A DNA stretch of 64,000 bases, from contig JAWMAR010000070.1 in assembly GCA_036785375.1 (NCBI GenBank), forward strand, positions 4,092,001 through 4,156,000, written 5' to 3'. Positions 58,857 to 64,000 of this stretch are shown here, piece by piece (within the stretch, counting starts at the first letter, position 1; the number at the start of each line of letters is the position of its first letter). A model generated the notes under the pieces. The model saw nothing but the letters and a program-made list of their open reading frames with translations. It had not been told where the DNA came from and searched no databases. Made by a program: the position numbers and the translations under genes. The stretch comes from Leucoraja ocellata. Its lineage: Eukaryota.

Positions 58857-61800
58857 AATTATCCATCCACATGGCTATTCAAGGGAAGAATGTTTAGCTT
58901 TCTTATCTATCATTAACGGCAACACCCTTCAGTCCATCCTGGCCATTATTCAAGCCATGTCCACCATTAGGATTGATTATGGAAGTACAACCAGTGTTGT
59001 GAGCAAATATCCTAGTTTAGTTTAGTTTAGAGATACAGCACAGAAACGTCCTTGGAAAAGGAAACGAGAGATACAGACGGTGATATCGATGGAGAGACAA
59101 ATGAATGAAAGAAACCATGGACCATTGTGGGCTCATTGTTACTTTTTGCATATATTTAATTCATTTGCTCTGTTTATCACTGTTTATATCTCGTTTCCCT
59201 TTCCCCGACTCTCAGTCTGAAGAAGGGCCTTGACCCAAAATGTTACCTATTCCTTTTCTCCAGAGATGCTGCCTGATCCGCTGCGTTAAACTAAACATTT
59301 GTTAAAATCCTCCAACCTCATCTATTGCATCCGCTGCTCTAGATGTCAGCTGATCTACATCAGTGGGACCAAGCGGAGGCTTGGCGATCGTTTCGCTGAA
59401 CACCTCCGCTCGGTCCGCAATAACCAACCTGACCTCCCGGTGGCTCAGCACTTCAACTCCCCCTCCCATTCCATATCCGACCTCTCTATCCTGGGTCTCC
59501 TCCATGGCCAGAGCGAGCAACACCGGAAATTGAAGGAACAGCACCTCATATTCCGCTTGGGGAGTCTGCATCCTGGGGGCATGAACATTGAATTCTCCCA
59601 TTTTGTTAGCCCTTGCTGTCTCCTCCCCGTCCTGTCTCTCCCTCAGCCCTCGGGCTCCTCCTCCTCTTTCCTTTCTCCTCTGTCTTCCTTCCCCCCCCCC
59701 CCCCCCATCAGTCTGAAGAAGGGTTTCGGCCCGAAACGTTGCCCATTTCCTTCGCTCCATAGATGCTGCTGCACCCGCTGAGTTTCTCTAACATTTTTGT
59801 CTACCTTCGATTTTCCAGCATCTGCAGTTCCTTCTTAAACACTAATAAACTAAACATATGTTGGCTACTAATATAAGCCAAAGTCAGAGATGGGGCAGAT
59901 GGAGGTAGTACTGATAAACGATTGGTGAGTTTCAGCTCTCTCTGTTAATGGCAGGAACAAAGTTATTTGCTAATTCTAATGACTTCCAGTGTGGAGAACA
60001 ACTTAGGGTGTGAACATCAACACCTCTGGTCATGCTGGTAATGAGTGTAATTTAATGCACGTTTAAACAAGTGAACCAAAACACCTAGCACTGTAAGTGA
60101 CGGTGTGAATTATAATGCTGGACTGTGGAAAGGAGCCGGTAGCTTATACAAGTGCAGAAATTATAAGTGCAGAGTTTATGTGTTACCTTTTATTTCCCCC
60201 ACTAAAAAACAGCCCAAGATGTTACCATATCAAACCAGTAAGTAATCCAACGGCATTACTTTATTTGATACAGTTCTTGTGTTTCTTTTTACAAGAGATG
60301 CTTGAAGGAAAAAAGGACATACCCACCATAATCAAATAGCTGTATGGGATGCAGCAGGTTTCTGCGGCTGACACTAATTTGACTGTGATCCCGTTAAATC
60401 GAAGGACCCTGAGGACAAAAAATACAATTGCAGAGATATCCACCAAACTTGTGTTATTTTTGCTGCACATTAGTTTAGAAACAGGCCCTTTGGTTCACCA
60501 TGTCCGTGCCGACCAACGACCACCCGTACACTAGTTCTATCCTACACACTACGGACATTTTAGCGATATTTTAAATTTAGAGATAGACAAATTCTTAATT
60601 AGAATGGGCGTCAAGGGTTATGGGGAGAAGGCAGTTAAATGGGATTAGGAGGCAGAGATCAGCCATGAATGTATGGTGGAGAAGACTCGATGGGCCGAAT
60701 GGTCTAATTCTATTCCTATAACTTGTGAACATGAATAAAAGCGCTGGGATAACAAAAGCTTTACACTGTACCTCGGTACATGTGACAATAAACTAAACTG
60801 AACTAACTCAACGGACCAAGCAGCATCTCTGGAGAACATGGATAGGTGATGTTTTGGGTCAGGCCCCTTCTTCAGACTGGTTAAAAGATTCAGACTAGTT
60901 GAATCCTCATCTCTTTTCTATGTGGGGCTTTTCCGGACAAATGCTGTGCCGGGAGCAGGAGCCTTAGACGTAACGAGGGCGTTATTAACACATTTAGCTT
61001 CGACAAGCATGAATAGAAATATAACTTTCTTTCATCAGCTACTTGAACAATCTGGACACAATTACTTCTCCTGGCTTTATTCCAAATGAAGAAGATGTCT
61101 TGAGGTCCAGAGTTAATACCACAGGTATTATTGAAGAACAGTTCGCTTGCCAGGACCTGAACGTCAGGTAAGGGCTCGGTGACCCTGCAAATTAGTACAC
61201 ACATGTTGCAGTGAGCAAGCAATGAAAGTCATTGTTCCTGACCTACCATCAGTGACAGATCTCCGATGTATCCCAGAACCATACACAGATCCAAATGGAT
61301 CAAGCCCAGGTCTCGTGCCAGAGACCTGGGTTTGGTCCTGACTATGGGTGTTCATAAGTTATAGGTGCAGAATTAGGCCATTCTGCCCATCAAGTACACT
61401 CTGCCACTCAAACATGAGTTACTCCAGCAACTTGTGTCTATCTTCAGTGTAAACCAGTAGCTGAAGTTCCTTCTTAAATCTTATGAACAGGAACAGTAAG
61501 TCAATAGCAGAAGATAGACACAAAAAGCTGGAGGAGCTCAATGCGTCACGCAACATCTCTGGAGATAAAGAATAGGCAATGCTTCATAAGTTCATAAGTG
61601 ATTGGAGCAGAATTAGGCCATTCGGCCCATCAAGTCTACACTATTTAATCACGGCTGATCTATCCCTCCTAACCCCATTCTCCTGCCTTCTCCCCATAAC
61701 CTCTGACACCCGTATTATACAAGAATCTTGGCCTTAACAATATTCATCAACATGGCCTCCACAGCCTTCAGTGACAGAATTTCACAGATTTACCACCCTC

Positions 61801-62208
61801 TAACAAGAAATTCTTCATCGTCTCCTTCCTAAAGGAATGTCCTTTTATTCTGAGGCTACGATCTCTGGTCCTAGACCCTCCCATGAGTGGAAACATCCTC
61901 TCTACATCCACAATCCAGACATTTCGCTTCGGGTTGGAGCATCTTCTTCAACCATTAGCAAACTATTTTCCAAGTAAAGCATTTAAACATGGTCCATGGT
62001 TGGATACACCAATGTCCTTCTTTCATTGATCTGTGATACACTGGTGTGGTGAAATGCCCATTTCTGCTCCCATCTCAGAATGCTTGACGTCCGTGGACAG
62101 GTGTCTGAGCTGAAGAGGTGGATCCACTGTTTCGAGGGAGTTACCTGTATGATCTTCAGCGGTGCAGTCAGTGTGTATAACTTGGCGTTGGTGGAAGATG
62201 ACGATATG
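58857..62208 (+). pseudogene. GNAT2: Degenerate transducin alpha subunit gene, most like cone GNAT2 (coding exons 3, 5 and 6 recognisable)
   Basis: 58857-58998 (142 nt): [47 protein letters not shown]. 61039-61167 (129 nt): [43 protein letters not shown]. 62079-62208 (130 nt): [43 protein letters not shown]. Lengths and phases match GNAI/GNAT exons 3, 5 and 6. LRSR, GVTC and VEDD mark transducin; AMST..IDY, IEEQF.C and F.GA.S favour GNAT2 (from recalled sequences). The exon 3 acceptor is GG and DVGGQ reads DVRGQ. Confidence 0.8.
59299..59840 (+). mobile_element. Penelope-like element: GIY-YIG endonuclease C-terminal part and terminal repeat
   Basis: SSNLIYCIRCSRCQLIYISGTKRRLGDRFAEHLRSV...VAQHFNSPSHS...EQHLIFRLGSLHPGGMNIEF, then ctgaagaagggtttcggcccgaaacg at 59713. 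Confidence 0.9.
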
Positions 62209-62271
62209 GTACGTAACTCTAAATGTTTGTCGTAATCACGGATAATCACATAAACAACAACAACACACACA

Positions 62272-62640
62272 ACAATGTGTAAAATCGTGAGAGGAATAGA
62301 TTGGGTAGATGCACAGATTCTCTTGCCCAGAGTATGTAAATTGAGGACAAGAGGGCATAGGATTAAGGTGAAGGGGACAACATGTAATAGGAATCTGAGG
62401 GGTACTTTTTTCACACAAAGGATGGTGGATGTATGGAACGAGCTGCCAGAGGAGGTAGTTAAGGCAGGGACTATTCCAACATTTAAGAAACAGTTAGTCA
62501 GGTACATGGCTAGGACAGGTTTAGAGGTATAAGGGCCAAACATGGGCAGGTGGGACTAGTGCAGCTGGGACGCATTGGCTGGTGTGGTGATGTTGGGCCG
62601 AAGGGCCTGATTCCACACAGTATCACTCTATGATTCTATA
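62272..62640 (+). mobile_element. CR1/HER1-like LINE 3' fragment
   Basis: KIVRGIDWVD...RTRGHRIKV...FFTQRMVDVWNELPEEVV...FKKQLVRYM and 3' UTR. Confidence 0.88.
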
Positions 62641-63092
62641 ACAACCCTAAAAGAAAGTTGGCATAAAATGTTGGAGTGACTCAGCGGGTCAGGCAGTATC
62701 TCTGGAGAAAAAGAATAGGTGAGGGTTCTTCAAGCAACGTAGAGGTGGGGGGGAGGAAACCTGGAGGTGAGAAAATACCAGAATATTCAGGGCCGGCAAC
62801 AGCTGATCTCAAGAAGGGTGGACCCCATTATTTAGGCCTATTGTTGTATAACAAGAGGGATACAAGGATGCCAAGGGTTGAGCTGGTAGGATGACTAGGG
62901 TGGTGGAGGAAGACACCACCTTGAGAACAAAACTGATTTCAGATCTAAATCCTCAAGGGATGAGCAAAGGTAGGACTGATGTTAACACAATTAGACTGGT
63001 TAAATATTCCTTCCATGCTGGGGAGAAATCGACAAATCTTTTACTTCAAATGAATAGTGAAAGTTTTACATACAAGATACCTTAGAATCAAA

Positions 63093-64000
63093 TCTATATT
63101 ACTAAAAGTCTGTTCTTGAGCAGTTTTGGCCATCTGTGCTGCGATTTCCGAGAGAACGCCGCCACCTACGGCCGTCATTTTTGGCCACCTTGCTCAGAAA
63201 CCCCTCCGCCGCATGTGTGCCAAGGATTTTTTCCGTCGATATAAAATGACAGATATTAATGTTTTTACAAAATTCCCATTCTCTTTGCTGCCCCCGCTGG
63301 CGGCAGGGGGGAGGGACTATAAAACCAGGAAGTGGTGTGCCACACAGTCTCTTCAAGATGGAGGAAGGCAGAGGGTCACGTTTCTCTGAGCTGTGAATAA
63401 CACTGAATGTTTACTCAAATGTAAGTGCCCTTAGTGGTTCTAAAATGCTTGCAGAATGTATCTATTGGTTCTAAAGCTTACAAAAAAAGTGTATATTGGT
63501 TCTAAAGCTTGCAAAAAAGGTCTATTGGTTCTAAAGCTTGCAAAAAAATGTCTATTGGTTCTAAAGCTTGCAAATAAAACGTCTATTGGTTCTAAAGCTT
63601 GCAAAAAATGTCTATTGGTTCTAAAGCTTGAAAAAAAAGTCTATTGGTTCTAAAGCTTGCAAAAAAATGTCTATTGGTTCCAAAGCTTGCAAAAAAACGT
63701 CTATTGGTTCTAAAGCTTGCAAAAAAATGTCTATTGGTTCTAAAGCTTGCAAAAAATATCTATTGGTTCTAAAGCTTGCAAAAAAAATGTCTATTGGTTC
63801 TAAAGCTTGCAAAAAAATGTCTATTGGTTCTAAAGCTGGCAAAAAAACGTCTATTGGTTCTAAAGCTTGCAAAAAAAATGTCTATTGGTTCTAAAGCTTG
63901 CAAAAAATATCTATTGGTTCTAAAGCTTGCAAAAAAAATGTCTATTGGTTCTAAAGCTTGCAAAAAAACGTCTATTGGTTCTAAAGCTGGCAAAAAAACG
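63093..64000 (+). mobile_element. Probable non-autonomous Helitron, 5' part
   Basis: Starts A|TCTATATTACTAAAAG, a Helitron-style 5' TC terminus after an A, and leads into an internal tandem array. The 3' hairpin/CTAG end is not in the window. Confidence 0.5.
63432..64000. repeat. Minisatellite, 29-30 bp unit TCTATTGGTTCTAAAGCTTGCAAAAAAA(T/C)G, about 18 regular copies, running off the window
   Basis: Directly visible; unit length varies with the A-run, and most units contain a HindIII site. Confidence 0.97.

Noticed and set aside
59940-60400. Candidate remnants of GNAT2 exon 4 (acceptor-like sites near 59955 and 60295)
   Set aside because: No recognisable EEG, LWKD or YQLNDS motifs in any frame I read; a sensitive alignment would be needed.
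62835-62865. LLLYNKRD resembling the G-protein NKxD motif of GNAT2 exon 7
   Set aside because: It lies in repeat-like sequence, with no NRMHESL or SICN context and no suitable splice sites.
63010-63055. AGEKSTNLLLQMN resembling exon 2 (GAGESGKSTIVKQMK)
   Set aside because: Wrong position (after exon 6), no acceptor or donor, and a weak match; probably chance.
63432-64000. Repeat array as CRISPR or as a repetitive protein
   Set aside because: There are no unique spacers, the context is eukaryotic, and A-run length changes keep shifting the frame.

Overview
Vertebrate genomic DNA, most likely from an elasmobranch and probably a skate or ray. This rests on the HE1/V-SINE, CR1, L2, L1 and Penelope repeat set and on the receptor family present. 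Bases 1-56178 are a head-to-tail array of highly similar 18.6-21.5 kb units. Each unit carries a + strand spliced gene for a multi-Ig-domain receptor of the CD300/pIgR-like (MDIR-type) family. The window holds the 3' end of one gene, two complete genes (A, B) and one gene (C) cut by a 200-N gap. Each gene has one leader exon, 4-5 V-set exons, 2-3 C2-set exons, two stalk exons, an Arg-containing transmembrane exon and a short tyrosine-free tail. Every V exon begins with the same signal-peptide remainder and all Ig exons are phase 1-1, so the locus could work as a combinatorial splicing cassette. After the gap are three exons missed by the ORF track: exons 3, 5 and 6 of a transducin alpha gene, most like cone GNAT2. 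They carry a destroyed splice acceptor and substitutions in invariant switch II residues, which points to a decaying pseudogene. The window ends in a probable non-autonomous Helitron carrying a ~30 bp minisatellite. All gene models were read by eye from splice sites and frames; no database search or alignment was run.
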